Assembly (NCBI GenBank): GCA_964648855.1
Contig: CAZYLT010000003.1
Location: 120,001 to 152,000, forward strand
From: an uncultured archaeon
GTDB lineage: Archaea; Asgardarchaeota; Thorarchaeia; Thorarchaeales; Thorarchaeaceae
Reading direction: 5' to 3'
Length of the DNA stretch: 32,000 nucleotides
The notes under the pieces are model-generated. The model was not told the origin of the DNA. It saw only the letters and a program-made list of their open reading frames with translations, and ran no database searches. Positions 1 to 9,720 of the stretch are shown here, in pieces. The translations under genes and the position numbers were made by a program. Every line of letters starts with the position of its first letter. The stretch's first letter is position 1.

Positions 1-573
1 ATCCTTGAAAGTCAGGTCTCTATATGTTTCGTCAACCATCAAGTAGAAATCGTTTTCTTCAGCCAATTCGACAGCTCTAATCAAAGACTGCTCGTCTATC
101 TGTGATCCGGTTGGATTATTCGGATGCGTTAGAGTGACGAGTTTCGTATTAGGCTTGACTAGCTTCTCGAGTTCATCAATATTCGGCTTGAAGTCGTTCT
201 CCCATCTTAGGTGCAGCAACGATAAGTCTCGTTCAAGAGACCTTGGAACTTGATACAGAGATGGATACGTGGGATGTTCCACTATCAGATGGTCATCTTT
301 TCCAACGAGATGAGCGATAATCGAGAAGTTGCCCTCGCTTGCTCCTGTAGTCACCGCTATGTTTTCCCCTGTTCTTCCCTTGTACTGTTCTGAGATTATC
401 TCCCTTAATTCAGGGGCTCCTAGATGATACCCGTATCGAAGGTCTACATCAACCAAGTCAAGACCCAGGTCATTCAGTGATAGAAATTTCATTCCGCTTT
501 CGCCGATATCATAGTCAACCTCATACTGGTATGTATCGAACCAATCTTCAAGAGGCATCCGTTCAAAAACCAT
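1..573 (-). CDS. PLP-dependent aminotransferase class I/II (partial, runs off window start)
   Basis: Not in the ORF track; manual translation from ATG at 573 gives MVFERMPLEDWFDTYQYEVDYDIGESG...YHLGAPELREII...VTTGASEGNF...EHPTYP...THPNNPTG...LMVDETY, open to base 1. PNNPTG and DE.Y are class I aminotransferase motifs. Confidence 0.9.
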   Translation of the reverse strand, partial: MVFERMPLEDWFDTYQYEVDYDIGESGMKFLSLNDLGLDLVDVDLRYGYHLGAPELREIISEQYKGRTGENIAVTTGASEGNFSIIAHLVGKDDHLIVEHPTYPSLYQVPRSLERDLSLLHLRWENDFKPNIDELEKLVKPNTKLVTLTHPNNPTGSQIDEQSLIRAVELAEENDFYLMVDETYRDLTFKD

Positions 574-666
574 TGTTAGAACCTAGTAGACTCCAACTCA
601 AGACCTAGATAAATAGATTCGGAAACGACCCAATCCTTTTTGTTTTATGGAACGCCTATTTTGGGT

Positions 667-1560
667 TCATCCTATCAAGGACTTCATCTTCTTGAGGATT
701 ATCAGTGATATTTTCTCGGCAGATACAGAGTAGCTTTCAAGATTGATCACAGGAATGTTAGATTCTGTTGCTTTGCTGAGCATGTACTCCTGAATTTCTC
801 TTGTTAATTGGAATTCCTTCTCTCTCTTTTCGGATGCTCCAGCAACCGTTTTCAGACCTGCCAGAGACTTCTTGCTCATGAACATGGAATAATGCATCTC
901 TTCGCTTGGTTCGACTAGAATCTCGATGACAGAATCAGACAGCTTCGAGAAATCACCAGGGATTAAATGAACTCCCTCAACAATTGCTTCTGCCCCCTCT
1001 GACAGAACTCTTTCAACGCTTTGAATGACGATTGGTTTGATGATTTGCTGCTGAGCAAGAAACCCTCTAACACCTGTCCCGAGATGTTCGGGTCCCGCTT
1101 GCTTGAACTTATGTGCTTGATATGTGTGACAGAATAGTTCTGGATACTCATCTTCGCTCATTTGAGTTCTCAATACTTGTCTTATGCTATCGGTGCTTAC
1201 GAATCTCGTAGCCCCAAGCGCGTGAATCAATCGAAGAAGGAGCATTGATTTCCCAGTGGCGCTTGCTCCTTCAAGCACCAGAATAATAGGTGGAACATCG
1301 TTTCCTTCTCTTCGGTATTTGTAGAATGTATTTACGATATCTAGGTTTTTCCGATGCTTTTGGTCATAGGAGTTCAATATTTGTTCTAACTCAGAGAACA
1401 ATTTACTCTCCGTCGGCCACTGTTTACTTGCATCATATGATGCGGCTATTTCGTCGATAATGCTCTCTGCATGCCGTGGCTGAATACCGGATAGCAAGAG
1501 ACGCCCCTTAATGATGACCATTGGATATGGAATCAGCCAATCTTCAGCATATACTTTCAT
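667..1560 (-). CDS. 2-phosphoglycerate kinase-family P-loop kinase
   Basis: PIILVLEGASATGKS Walker A, STDSIRQVLR, IVEGVHL motifs typical of the archaeal 2-PG kinase family; actual substrate uncertain. Confidence 0.8.
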   Translation of the reverse strand: MKVYAEDWLIPYPMVIIKGRLLLSGIQPRHAESIIDEIAASYDASKQWPTESKLFSELEQILNSYDQKHRKNLDIVNTFYKYRREGNDVPPIILVLEGASATGKSMLLLRLIHALGATRFVSTDSIRQVLRTQMSEDEYPELFCHTYQAHKFKQAGPEHLGTGVRGFLAQQQIIKPIVIQSVERVLSEGAEAIVEGVHLIPGDFSKLSDSVIEILVEPSEEMHYSMFMSKKSLAGLKTVAGASEKREKEFQLTREIQEYMLSKATESNIPVINLESYSVSAEKISLIILKKMKSLIG

Positions 1561-1620
1561 CTCGAGTTCTACCTCAAGAAGAACTGGTAGAAATCTTATT
1601 GAAAGAGCTTGCTATAGACA

Positions 1621-2097
1621 TTAGAAGTCTTTATGTCCGCAGTATTTTCTGAAATGAGATGGAGGAATTCCATCTAATGTTCGAACGTTGCTTTTGTTTG
1701 GTCTTACCCTTGTTTCTCTGCCAGCAAAGGGGAGGCTCATATTTTGTTCTTGGTTGATATTTTGGATCTCGGTAGTTGCAAGATCTAGTATCCCACGTCT
1801 GCTCTTGCATAGTTTCATGCACTCATTGTTTACAGAGATGTAAGCTCCTTCCATAAAATATGAATTGCCTTTTTCTATGAATTCTATGTCTTCATTCCAA
1901 AGGGTGAGAAATATTGTTGCAGTTTCATCTCCAACTAGAACCTCTGCCATTTGATACTTAATCAACCACTTCTTATTCTCTACAATTTCAACACTAGGTT
2001 TCTCGAGTACCTTGAAGAAAACAGATAAGTCAGAGTCATCATGACGAACATATGCAAGTTTGGTAATCTCTTTCTGCCTTTGTGAGTTTTCGGACAA
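1621..2097 (-). CDS. Single OB-fold nucleic-acid-binding protein (archaeal SSB/RPA-like)
   Basis: VLVGDETATIFLTLWNEDIEFIEKG...GAYIS matches the DETG-x-I-x-LTLW OB-fold signature; TTG start; basic C-terminal tail. Confidence 0.75.
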   Translation of the reverse strand: MSENSQRQKEITKLAYVRHDDSDLSVFFKVLEKPSVEIVENKKWLIKYQMAEVLVGDETATIFLTLWNEDIEFIEKGNSYFMEGAYISVNNECMKLCKSRRGILDLATTEIQNINQEQNMSLPFAGRETRVRPNKSNVRTLDGIPPSHFRKYCGHKDF

Positions 2098-2362
2098 GCT
2101 ATCACTCTATCATCTTGTTAGATGACGATACTAAAGAACTCATACTTTTTTCAAAGAAGAACGGTCCTTTTTCAATGCTATATGCCGCCCGGGAAGAGGC
2201 ATTTCACGAATCTCCAAAATGATATCTATTTCCGACATTTAGTGAGATTCGTCTTTCGTAATCTATCGTGTTCAGTGTAAAAATGTGTCAAATTGATGCC
2301 CTAAAGGTTATGAATGAACTTTCAATGTGAAACTTACACCTTAGACCAAGGGCTGATGAAAC

Positions 2363-3427
2363 ATGAGTCCAACTTACACGATAAAAAAGGAAAAGATGCA
2401 GCAGTTTGTCGAGGCCATCGAGGACGAATATGATGTCTACGGCCCCGTGCCCCGACGCACGAAGCATGTATTTGACAAGCTTGACGATCCTTCATTGCTT
2501 GCCCTCAACTATGACACTACTATCATGTCTCCAAAGAAGTTCTTCATTCCTGCGGAGCAAGACATGATATCATTCGATCGAGAATCTGGTTCAGTAAGGG
2601 ATACCGTCGATGAGATTGAGAAGATGAAACCTCGTCTTCTTTTGGGTATTCATTCTTGCGATATTAACGGAATTCTCTTTTTGGACCGTGTATTTGATGG
2701 TAAATACGACGACCCATACTATCAGGCTCATCGCGAAATTACCACAATAGTCGGGCTCAACTGTATCGAACCCTGTGAAAACGGATTCTGCCGTTCAGTT
2801 AACAAGAACTTCGTTCTTGAAGGATATGATTTGTTTCTGACGGACATATCTGATTCACACTACTATGTTCACGTTGGATCCCCCAAGGGTGATCGTCTTC
2901 TGAGTCTTGCATCTGAGTTTTTCACAGCTGCTACTCCTGAAGATGATGTAGCATTCAAAGTAGCGTTGAAACGAAAACACGAATCGTTGCCGGTAGACTT
3001 GCACATTGACAATATTCACGAGTCTCTTGATATGTCATGGGACTCACCACTTTGGGAGGAATTAGGCGAAGAGTGCATGAATTGTGGCTCTTGCGCTTTG
3101 GTCTGTCCCACCTGCTATTGCTTTGATGTACGAGATGATCTTGATTTATCTCTTCAAAAGGGTGAAAGAAAACGTAAGTGGGATACCTGTCTTTACTACG
3201 ACTTCGCGCTAGTTGCTGGCAATCACAACTTCAGAGAAGAACCTCCTGTACGCAACAAGTATCGTATCTACCACAAGATGCGGGGTGCGATTCATGAACA
3301 GGGAATGATAGCATGCATAGGATGTGGAAGGTGCATAAGTGCTTGTCCTGCGGGAATAAGCATCAAGGATATTCTAAACCAACTTCAAGATCAGTGGGCA
3401 TCAACCCCTACAACAATGGAGGGATAA
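2363..3427 (+). CDS. hydB: Group 3b [NiFe] hydrogenase (sulfhydrogenase) beta subunit, 4Fe-4S
   Basis: IHSCD, CIEPCENGFC, CMNCGSCALVCPTCYC and CIGCGRCISACP cluster motifs; first gene of a four-gene operon. Confidence 0.92.
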   Translation: MSPTYTIKKEKMQQFVEAIEDEYDVYGPVPRRTKHVFDKLDDPSLLALNYDTTIMSPKKFFIPAEQDMISFDRESGSVRDTVDEIEKMKPRLLLGIHSCDINGILFLDRVFDGKYDDPYYQAHREITTIVGLNCIEPCENGFCRSVNKNFVLEGYDLFLTDISDSHYYVHVGSPKGDRLLSLASEFFTAATPEDDVAFKVALKRKHESLPVDLHIDNIHESLDMSWDSPLWEELGEECMNCGSCALVCPTCYCFDVRDDLDLSLQKGERKRKWDTCLYYDFALVAGNHNFREEPPVRNKYRIYHKMRGAIHEQGMIACIGCGRCISACPAGISIKDILNQLQDQWASTPTTMEG

Positions 3428-3431
3428 AACA

Positions 3432-4280
3432 ATGCAGACTACAGTTACAGAAAAGAACGAGTATATTCCAGAGATTGCAAAGCTGATTCGAAAGAAGAAA
3501 ATGACCCAGTATGAAACTCTCTTTGAGTTTGAATTCGAGAATGAACAAATACGAAGGGCATTCGATTATAATCCCGGGCAATTCATGCAACTCAGCGTTT
3601 TTGGCATCGGTGAAGCTCCTTTTTCTATAAGCTCCACTCCCACCAGAATGGGAAGGCTTGAGTTTGGGATACGTAGAACGGGAGACGTAACAGAAGCAAT
3701 TCATGACCTTGAATTGGGTGACACCGTTGGACTGCGAGGCCCATATGGCAATGGATTCCCCATGAAGAAGATTCGTGGGAAGAATATTCTCTTTGTGGCA
3801 GGAGGTATTGGTTTAGTGCCTCTCAGGTCAGTCATTAATTTCTTAGCTGACAGGCGGACCGAATATGGCGAAGTCACCATCATGTATGGCGCATGCCTGC
3901 CAGAGGAGAGAGTATTCGTGAATGAATTAGAGAATGTTTGGCCAAAAATCCCCAATTTCGATGTCAATCAGACTGTTGATGAATGTCATGAAACTTGGCA
4001 AGGAAACGTTGGTGTGGTCACGACTCTTTTCGACAAGGTTGATGTAGATGCCTCAAACACGGTTGCTCTTATCTGCGGACCCCCAGTAATGTACAAATTT
4101 GTCGTTGCAGACCTATTGAAGCTCGGATTTGCTCGTGATGAAATCCTTCTATCGCTAGAGCGAAGAATGAAATGTGGAATCGGAAAATGCGCTCACTGTC
4201 AGGTTGGTCACAAGCTAACCTGCATAGATGGCCCAGTGTTCACCTATTTCGAGGCTGAAAGATTGGTGGAGAGTATCTAG
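3432..4280 (+). CDS. hydG: Group 3b hydrogenase gamma subunit (FAD/NAD(P)-binding, 2Fe-2S)
   Basis: PGQF, GEAPFSISS, RGPYGNGF, AGGIGLVP, ICGPPVM, ERRMKCGIGKCAHC...C.DGPVF. Confidence 0.93.
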   Translation: MQTTVTEKNEYIPEIAKLIRKKKMTQYETLFEFEFENEQIRRAFDYNPGQFMQLSVFGIGEAPFSISSTPTRMGRLEFGIRRTGDVTEAIHDLELGDTVGLRGPYGNGFPMKKIRGKNILFVAGGIGLVPLRSVINFLADRRTEYGEVTIMYGACLPEERVFVNELENVWPKIPNFDVNQTVDECHETWQGNVGVVTTLFDKVDVDASNTVALICGPPVMYKFVVADLLKLGFARDEILLSLERRMKCGIGKCAHCQVGHKLTCIDGPVFTYFEAERLVESI

Positions 4281-4292
4281 GAGGTTTCAAAG

Positions 4293-5066
4293 ATGACTGA
4301 AGCAAGCAAACCAAAAGTCGGCATTTTTGGTCTTACAGGTTGTGCAGGGTGCCAACTAAACATCCTCAACATTGAGGATCATCTTCTAGATATACTTGGA
4401 CTGGTCGACATAACCACATGGGTCATGGCTAAGGCTGAGAACTCTGAAGGTCCATGGGATATCGCTTTTGTAGAAGGCTCTGTTGCAAAGGCCTCGGAGA
4501 TTGAACGTGTCAAGAAAATACGTGAAAAATCAAAGATACTTGTTGCCATAGGCGCGTGTGCCACCCATGGAGGATTGCCGGGTATACGTAATTTCCGTGA
4601 TATGGAGGATATGAAGCAGACAGTATATGGTAATCAGACGGACCATCTTGATGTGATTGAGATAAAACCTGTTTCTCATTATGTTGAGGTCGATGCTGAG
4701 CTACCTGGATGTCCGATGAACAAAAACGACTTCATCAATGCAGTCAAAGCACTAGCCGTTGGTAAGACACCACCGGTGGCGAATTATTCTGTCTGCTATG
4801 AATGCAGAATCCGCGAGAATGCTTGTCTTCTCAAAGAAGGCAAATTCTGTATGGGTCCAGTTACTCAAGCCGGCTGTGATGCGCTCTGCACTTCCTATGG
4901 TGCAGTATGTGAAGGCTGTAGAGGTCCTGTGGCCCAGGTTAACTGGGGTGCAGAATACAAGATACTGAAAGACTTGGGTGCAACAAAGGAGATGATACTC
5001 CGTAAGTTCCTCAAATATTGCCCATCAAGTTCAGAAATGGAAGAATTCAAGGAGTTGGAAATCTAA
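4293..5066 (+). CDS. hydD: Group 3b hydrogenase delta (small) subunit
   Basis: LTGCAGCQ, FVEGS, AIGACATHGG, LPGCP, VCYEC...CMGPVTQAGCDALC...CEGCRG; GGAGG RBS upstream. Confidence 0.93.
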   Translation: MTEASKPKVGIFGLTGCAGCQLNILNIEDHLLDILGLVDITTWVMAKAENSEGPWDIAFVEGSVAKASEIERVKKIREKSKILVAIGACATHGGLPGIRNFRDMEDMKQTVYGNQTDHLDVIEIKPVSHYVEVDAELPGCPMNKNDFINAVKALAVGKTPPVANYSVCYECRIRENACLLKEGKFCMGPVTQAGCDALCTSYGAVCEGCRGPVAQVNWGAEYKILKDLGATKEMILRKFLKYCPSSSEMEEFKELEI

Positions 5067-6346
5067 TGGCTACTGATAGCATTAACATCAAGCATATAGC
5101 ACGAGTAGAAGGACATGGCTCCCTCTACGTTACAACTGAGAATGGTGAGCTTGTGGACGTAAAAATGTCCGTTGACGAGGGTGCACGTCTTTTCGAAGCA
5201 TTTCTCGTTGGTAGGGAATACACAGAAGTCCCTGAAATGGCATGCAGGATATGTGCCATTTGCAGTGCGTCTCATCGAGTAGTATCAACGAAGGCTGTTG
5301 AGAAGGCGATGGGTATACAGGTATCAAAGCAAGACGATGATCTTAGACGTCTGTTGGTATGGGGTGAATACATAGAATCCCATATCCTCCATGCACTCTA
5401 TCTTGCTCTCCCTGACTATATTGGACATGAGAGCGTAATCTCAGCGGCAGCTGATTTTCCAGATGTCGTCAAAATTGCACTCAAACTGAAGAAACTCGGA
5501 AATGACATGCAAATTCTGTCTGGTGGCCGAGAAGTTCACCAAGTGACTCCCATGGTTGGAGGTTTCAGTTCCTACCCCTCGCACCAAGCCCTCGAGGAAA
5601 TTCGTGATAGGATCAAAGATGCGCGAGCTGACCTCCAGGCTTGTGTTGATTTATGGGCCGGATTAGATGAGATTCCATTCGAGAGGCAAACTGAGTTTGT
5701 TGGGTTGAGAAGGGATGATGAATACGCCCTAGTAGATGGCGATCTTGCTTCACTCGGTGGGATGAGAGCCCCGGTAGAGGACTATAGGGACTACATCAAA
5801 GAACGAGTTCCTCCGTACAGTTTCGCAAAAGCAGGTGAGCTTGACGGAAAGGGATTCTTTGTGGGGGCCCTTGCTCGAATGAATATTAATCGGGACCTAC
5901 TGTCCCCCTTCGCGAAGAAAGTCGTCAACCAATTAGGAATTGAACTACCTAACTATAACATCTTCCTGAATAACGCCGCTCAGCTCGTCGAAACTGCACA
6001 GGTATTTGATATGGCGGATGATACCATCGATAGCCTGTTGAAACACGACTTGGAGTGGCATGAGCCCGAAACAGTACCTAAAGCTGGCAAAGGAACGCAC
6101 ATAACAGAAGCCCCACGCGGTTCACTTGTCCATTCTTACGAGTTCGATAATGATGGTCTGCTGAAGAAGGCAGATATCATCACTCCTACGGCAATGAACT
6201 ATGTCAACTTGGAAGAAGATGTTAGAGCCTTTTTCCCACAAATCAAGAACGGCACCAAGGATGAGATTCTACTCAATCTGAACCGCTTGATTAGAGCATA
6301 TGACCCGTGTATTAGTTGTTCCTGCCATCTAGCAGATGTAGAATAG
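5066..6346 (+). CDS. hydA: Group 3b [NiFe] hydrogenase alpha (large, catalytic) subunit
   Basis: ARVEGHG, L1 motif RICAIC, EAPRG, L2 motif DPCISCSCH followed by a short tail LADVE. Start moved from 5018 to the ATG at 5066, which overlaps the hydD stop (TAATG). Confidence 0.95.
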   Translation: MATDSINIKHIARVEGHGSLYVTTENGELVDVKMSVDEGARLFEAFLVGREYTEVPEMACRICAICSASHRVVSTKAVEKAMGIQVSKQDDDLRRLLVWGEYIESHILHALYLALPDYIGHESVISAAADFPDVVKIALKLKKLGNDMQILSGGREVHQVTPMVGGFSSYPSHQALEEIRDRIKDARADLQACVDLWAGLDEIPFERQTEFVGLRRDDEYALVDGDLASLGGMRAPVEDYRDYIKERVPPYSFAKAGELDGKGFFVGALARMNINRDLLSPFAKKVVNQLGIELPNYNIFLNNAAQLVETAQVFDMADDTIDSLLKHDLEWHEPETVPKAGKGTHITEAPRGSLVHSYEFDNDGLLKKADIITPTAMNYVNLEEDVRAFFPQIKNGTKDEILLNLNRLIRAYDPCISCSCHLADVE

Positions 6347-6354
6347 GGAGAATT

Positions 6355-6396
6355 CGAGAGACCTCTATGATTTGGGTCTCTCGCTTTCCGTCTTTT
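6355..6396 (+). terminator. Stem-loop after hydA, possible terminator or mRNA-stabilising hairpin
   Basis: CGAGAGACC (6355-6363) pairs perfectly with GGTCTCTCG (6375-6383), followed by pyrimidine-rich CTTTCCGTCTTTT. Confidence 0.55.
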
Positions 6397-6527
6397 GTCT
6401 ACACGTTCTTCGTGGGTCGGGCAGCCCAGATAAAATCTCTTAGACTCCTATCATCACAGGCATCAGGGAAACCCTTTTCTCCACGAATGTACAAGCGAGG
6501 AAGTGAGCAGGTTAGTCAGAGGTTCTA

Positions 6528-8144
6528 ATGATGCCGCGGAAAGCCACCCGATTTTTCATGATAGGATTTGCTGTGTTTTTTGCACTCATAATGATTAGTT
6601 CCGTGACGCTCACATCTGCACAGTCTTTCGGTGATAATTGGGTAGAAGATTCCAGATTGCATATATTCATGGAATTTGACGGTCGTCCTATTGTCACGGC
6701 GGGTGAGTCTAACCCCATCCTAATCAATCAGGAAGAACCCATGACATTATACCTGCAACTCAATGTCACAAACGATGTACCTTTGAATATCTCCGGTCAG
6801 ATTTGGTTCTACTATAATGGCATTGCCGTATTTCCATTGGAGGTGCGGGCTCCAGGTAGTAACTCCTCTTGGCTAGTTCTACCTCATGATTATCCCATTC
6901 CTGCAGTGGCTGCTGACCTCGATATGGGTGAATTACTCAGCGTGGCAGGGGTACCCCTCTCGACAGGTATTTTCCAAGTTTCTCTGAATTTTTCATATTA
7001 CGAAATGGATCCTGCTGATTCAGCAAGAAGCAGTATTCTGCATACCCTCGGTACTCAATTCTATGTGTCTATCCCCCCTGACTCAATAATAGATGTGATA
7101 ACGACTCCTGCGGGTGCAGCAGCAACCATTGCAACCATAGGAACTGTTACTGGTCTTGGAAGAGGAATTTGGGCTTTCCTAGATGGAATTCAGACTGCAC
7201 ACAAAGTTAGGAGCATTCATAAGAAAGCCTCAGAAATACGTTCTCTGCCAAATCTAACTGTTCTCGGGGCACTGCCTGCCCTCTTTGCAATAGTAGCGGG
7301 CATGACGAAACTAAGGAAGAAAAAGAGGAAAGAAGAAGACACTGAAAGTGAAGATGAGCGAGAGCAGAGAGAAAAGATCAGTGAATATCGACTTCGTCAA
7401 CGAATTAGAGATGTTGCACCTGAGTCATGGCCCCAAGAGAAGTGTCCCAACTGCTTGAGAAAATGGAACAAGGAAAAGGCATACTGCAAGAAATGTAATC
7501 TCGACACCGAGGGAGCAAAGAGGGCATACACTGAGGTTCTACTTGAGAAGGTTGAGCCTTCCCTGAAATTGCTTAACAAGAAGAAATCAATTTCTGTGCG
7601 TAAGCTTGCCAAGAAAACAAAATCGAACGAATACAACGCAGGTGTTGTTGCAGCCGCGATGGTAGACGTTGGCCTGACAGAGGTTTCCAAGGTTGAAACA
7701 CCCGTGAAGAGTTTTGTTCTAAATATTGGCGGTCTCCTTTTCCTAGTATTGACTTGGCAGCAATTGCTAGGTGGTGCTGCGAGCCAATGGCAGACAACTC
7801 TAACAATCGTGGGGGCTGGCATGTCTCTAGCTGTCATAGTTGCGCTCTTCTTCGCGAGGAGAACACAAGTAAAGAAACTGAGAGCAGAGGTAGATACCGA
7901 GGGGATGGATGAGGAAACAGAACCTGAAGAACTACTGGCCCCAGAGGAAAAAACCTCTGAAGAGACCCTCATAGATGATCTAAGTGAACAAGGTCCTGCA
8001 GAACATGGACCTCAGAAAGGCGAATCTGATGAGGAGTTACAATCCCTTGAGGATGCTGAGTATCATCCCATGCATGATGATCAATCCGCAGAAAGCAATG
8101 CAGACTCGTTGACTCCTGAGGAATTTGAAAAGGAAAAGAAGTAG
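6528..8144 (+). CDS. Hypothetical multi-pass membrane protein with extracellular domain, Zn-ribbon and wHTH-like segment
   Basis: N-terminal hydrophobic signal/TM, beta-rich ~150 aa region, internal TMs, CPNC-x10-CKKC, two further TMs, acidic tail. Confidence 0.8.
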   Translation: MMPRKATRFFMIGFAVFFALIMISSVTLTSAQSFGDNWVEDSRLHIFMEFDGRPIVTAGESNPILINQEEPMTLYLQLNVTNDVPLNISGQIWFYYNGIAVFPLEVRAPGSNSSWLVLPHDYPIPAVAADLDMGELLSVAGVPLSTGIFQVSLNFSYYEMDPADSARSSILHTLGTQFYVSIPPDSIIDVITTPAGAAATIATIGTVTGLGRGIWAFLDGIQTAHKVRSIHKKASEIRSLPNLTVLGALPALFAIVAGMTKLRKKKRKEEDTESEDEREQREKISEYRLRQRIRDVAPESWPQEKCPNCLRKWNKEKAYCKKCNLDTEGAKRAYTEVLLEKVEPSLKLLNKKKSISVRKLAKKTKSNEYNAGVVAAAMVDVGLTEVSKVETPVKSFVLNIGGLLFLVLTWQQLLGGAASQWQTTLTIVGAGMSLAVIVALFFARRTQVKKLRAEVDTEGMDEETEPEELLAPEEKTSEETLIDDLSEQGPAEHGPQKGESDEELQSLEDAEYHPMHDDQSAESNADSLTPEEFEKEKK

Positions 8145-8295
8145 TCCAAACATAAGAGAGATCATCCTCTCAGGCTCATCTGTTATCGCATCATACTATG
8201 ACAGATGTCAACGTGTAAGGAACATACTCTTCTTCATGGGCAATTAGAAACAGTGAATAGGGACTCTTTTCGGAGATATAAGTGAGGAACAACGA

Positions 8296-9657
8296 ATGGT
8301 CCGGAAGATCGCAGTCATCGGTTGCGGAGCAGCTGGTGCAACTGCCGCAATGCAAGCTAGGAAACATGACAGGAAAGCGGAAATCACGGTTTTCAATAGG
8401 GAGCAATACTCTCAGTACTCGCGATGTGGGCTACCATATACCATCTCTGGGAAAGTAAGAGAGTTCGACGACCTTATTCTGATGCCTGTGGACAATTGGG
8501 ATATGCTAAAGATCGATACGAAGCTTTCGACGAATGTCACCCATATTGACCATGAAGCTAGAACTCTGGAATATGAGGGTGAGTCGGGAAGTGGCACGCT
8601 AGAGTACGACGCTCTGATTTTTGCCACGGGCGCAGAGAACGCTGATCCGCCAATCAAGGGCTTGGATAAGGATAGAGTTTATGGTCTAAGAACAATTGAT
8701 GATGCAAAGCTCTTGGCAAAAGAAGCTGATAATGCTAAGAACATCGTCGTGATTGGTGGTGGGCTTGTTGGAATGGAGACCGCCGAAGCGTTCGTTGAGC
8801 GCGGGCTCGATGTGACTGTTGTAGAATTCCTTCCAAACTGCCTCTTAACCATGGTCGACCCTGATATTGCTAATATTATCGAGGAACATTGCAAAGAGCA
8901 CGGACTTAAAATTCTAACAAATACTGCCGCACAAGAGATCCTTGGCGACAAGACGCCTACTGGAGTGATTGTGAAGAATCGCGGATCGGATGAAGAAACT
9001 GAAATTCCAGCTGACGCGGTTGTAGTCGCCACTGGCGTTCGCGCTATCACCGAATTAGCTGAGAGCATAGGTGTTGAGATTGGACCATCAAGGGCAATCA
9101 AAACAGATGAGAAAATGCAGACGAATCTGAAGGATATCTACGCATGCGGGGATTGTGCCGAGAATCTCGAATTCATAACTCGTACTCCAATGACTATGGG
9201 CTTGGGAACAATCGCAGTGCGAGAAGGAAGAGTTGCAGGAATAAATGCAGCTGGCGGAGATGTTACTTTTCCAGGAATTGTAGGTGGAAAAGTGACGAAG
9301 CTATTCGGCCTGGAAATTGCCAGCACTGGATTGACTGACCATCTGGCTGAGCAATTAGAAGTACAAGTGAAGAAAGGGTCAATCAAGGGGCTTACAAAAC
9401 CTCCATACTATGTTGGTGGAAAGGACATCAAGGTCAAGACATATTTTCGCAAGGAAGATGGACGGCTGGTAGGCGGTCAGCTAGTTGGAGCTGAAGACGC
9501 TGCTATGCGACTAAATGTCATAACAATTGGCATTCAAAATGATGTGGATGTTGTTGAATTCTTTGACTTTGAGAATTGCTACGCACCTGCCATCTGCGAT
9601 ACTTGGGACCCACTTGTTCAATCAGCAGATGCGGCAAGACGAAGACTCCGAATGTAG
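8296..9657 (+). CDS. FAD-dependent pyridine nucleotide-disulfide oxidoreductase (CoA-disulfide reductase / NADH oxidase family)
   Basis: VIGCGAAG (FAD), YSRCGLPY (single redox Cys), ATG, VIGGGLVGME (NAD(P)H), IYACGD, C-terminal YAP motif. Confidence 0.9.
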   Translation: MVRKIAVIGCGAAGATAAMQARKHDRKAEITVFNREQYSQYSRCGLPYTISGKVREFDDLILMPVDNWDMLKIDTKLSTNVTHIDHEARTLEYEGESGSGTLEYDALIFATGAENADPPIKGLDKDRVYGLRTIDDAKLLAKEADNAKNIVVIGGGLVGMETAEAFVERGLDVTVVEFLPNCLLTMVDPDIANIIEEHCKEHGLKILTNTAAQEILGDKTPTGVIVKNRGSDEETEIPADAVVVATGVRAITELAESIGVEIGPSRAIKTDEKMQTNLKDIYACGDCAENLEFITRTPMTMGLGTIAVREGRVAGINAAGGDVTFPGIVGGKVTKLFGLEIASTGLTDHLAEQLEVQVKKGSIKGLTKPPYYVGGKDIKVKTYFRKEDGRLVGGQLVGAEDAAMRLNVITIGIQNDVDVVEFFDFENCYAPAICDTWDPLVQSADAARRRLRM

Positions 9658-9667
9658 ACCGGATGAT

Positions 9668-9706
9668 GAGCCAAATCGAAAGATACTGGCTCTTCCATCT
9701 TTTTTC
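9668..9706 (+). terminator. Hairpin with GAAA tetraloop followed by a T-tract
   Basis: GAGCCA-a-ATC-gaaa-GAT-ac-TGGCTC then TTCCATCTTTTTT, between convergent genes. Confidence 0.5.
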
Positions 9707-9720
9707 TCACATTTTCTCAA

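Noticed and set aside
2260-2345. Rex/CRP/SurR-like operator upstream of hydB (TGTGAAACTTACAC, GTTATGAAT)
   Set aside because: Symmetry is too imperfect to distinguish from AT-rich promoter background.
5018-5065. N-terminal extension of hydA in the ORF track
   Set aside because: Overlaps hydD; the TAATG-coupled ATG at 5066 fits family N-termini better.
6346-6400. Possible SECIS element after hydA
   Set aside because: All metal-ligand positions in the hyd genes are Cys codons with no in-frame TGA; the hairpin is better explained as a terminator.
7397-7972. Long antisense ORFs (also 8679-9101, 11001-11453, 12896-13423, 16765-17319, 26754-27221)
   Set aside because: They lie opposite well-supported genes, have no recognisable motifs and show typical shadow-ORF composition.
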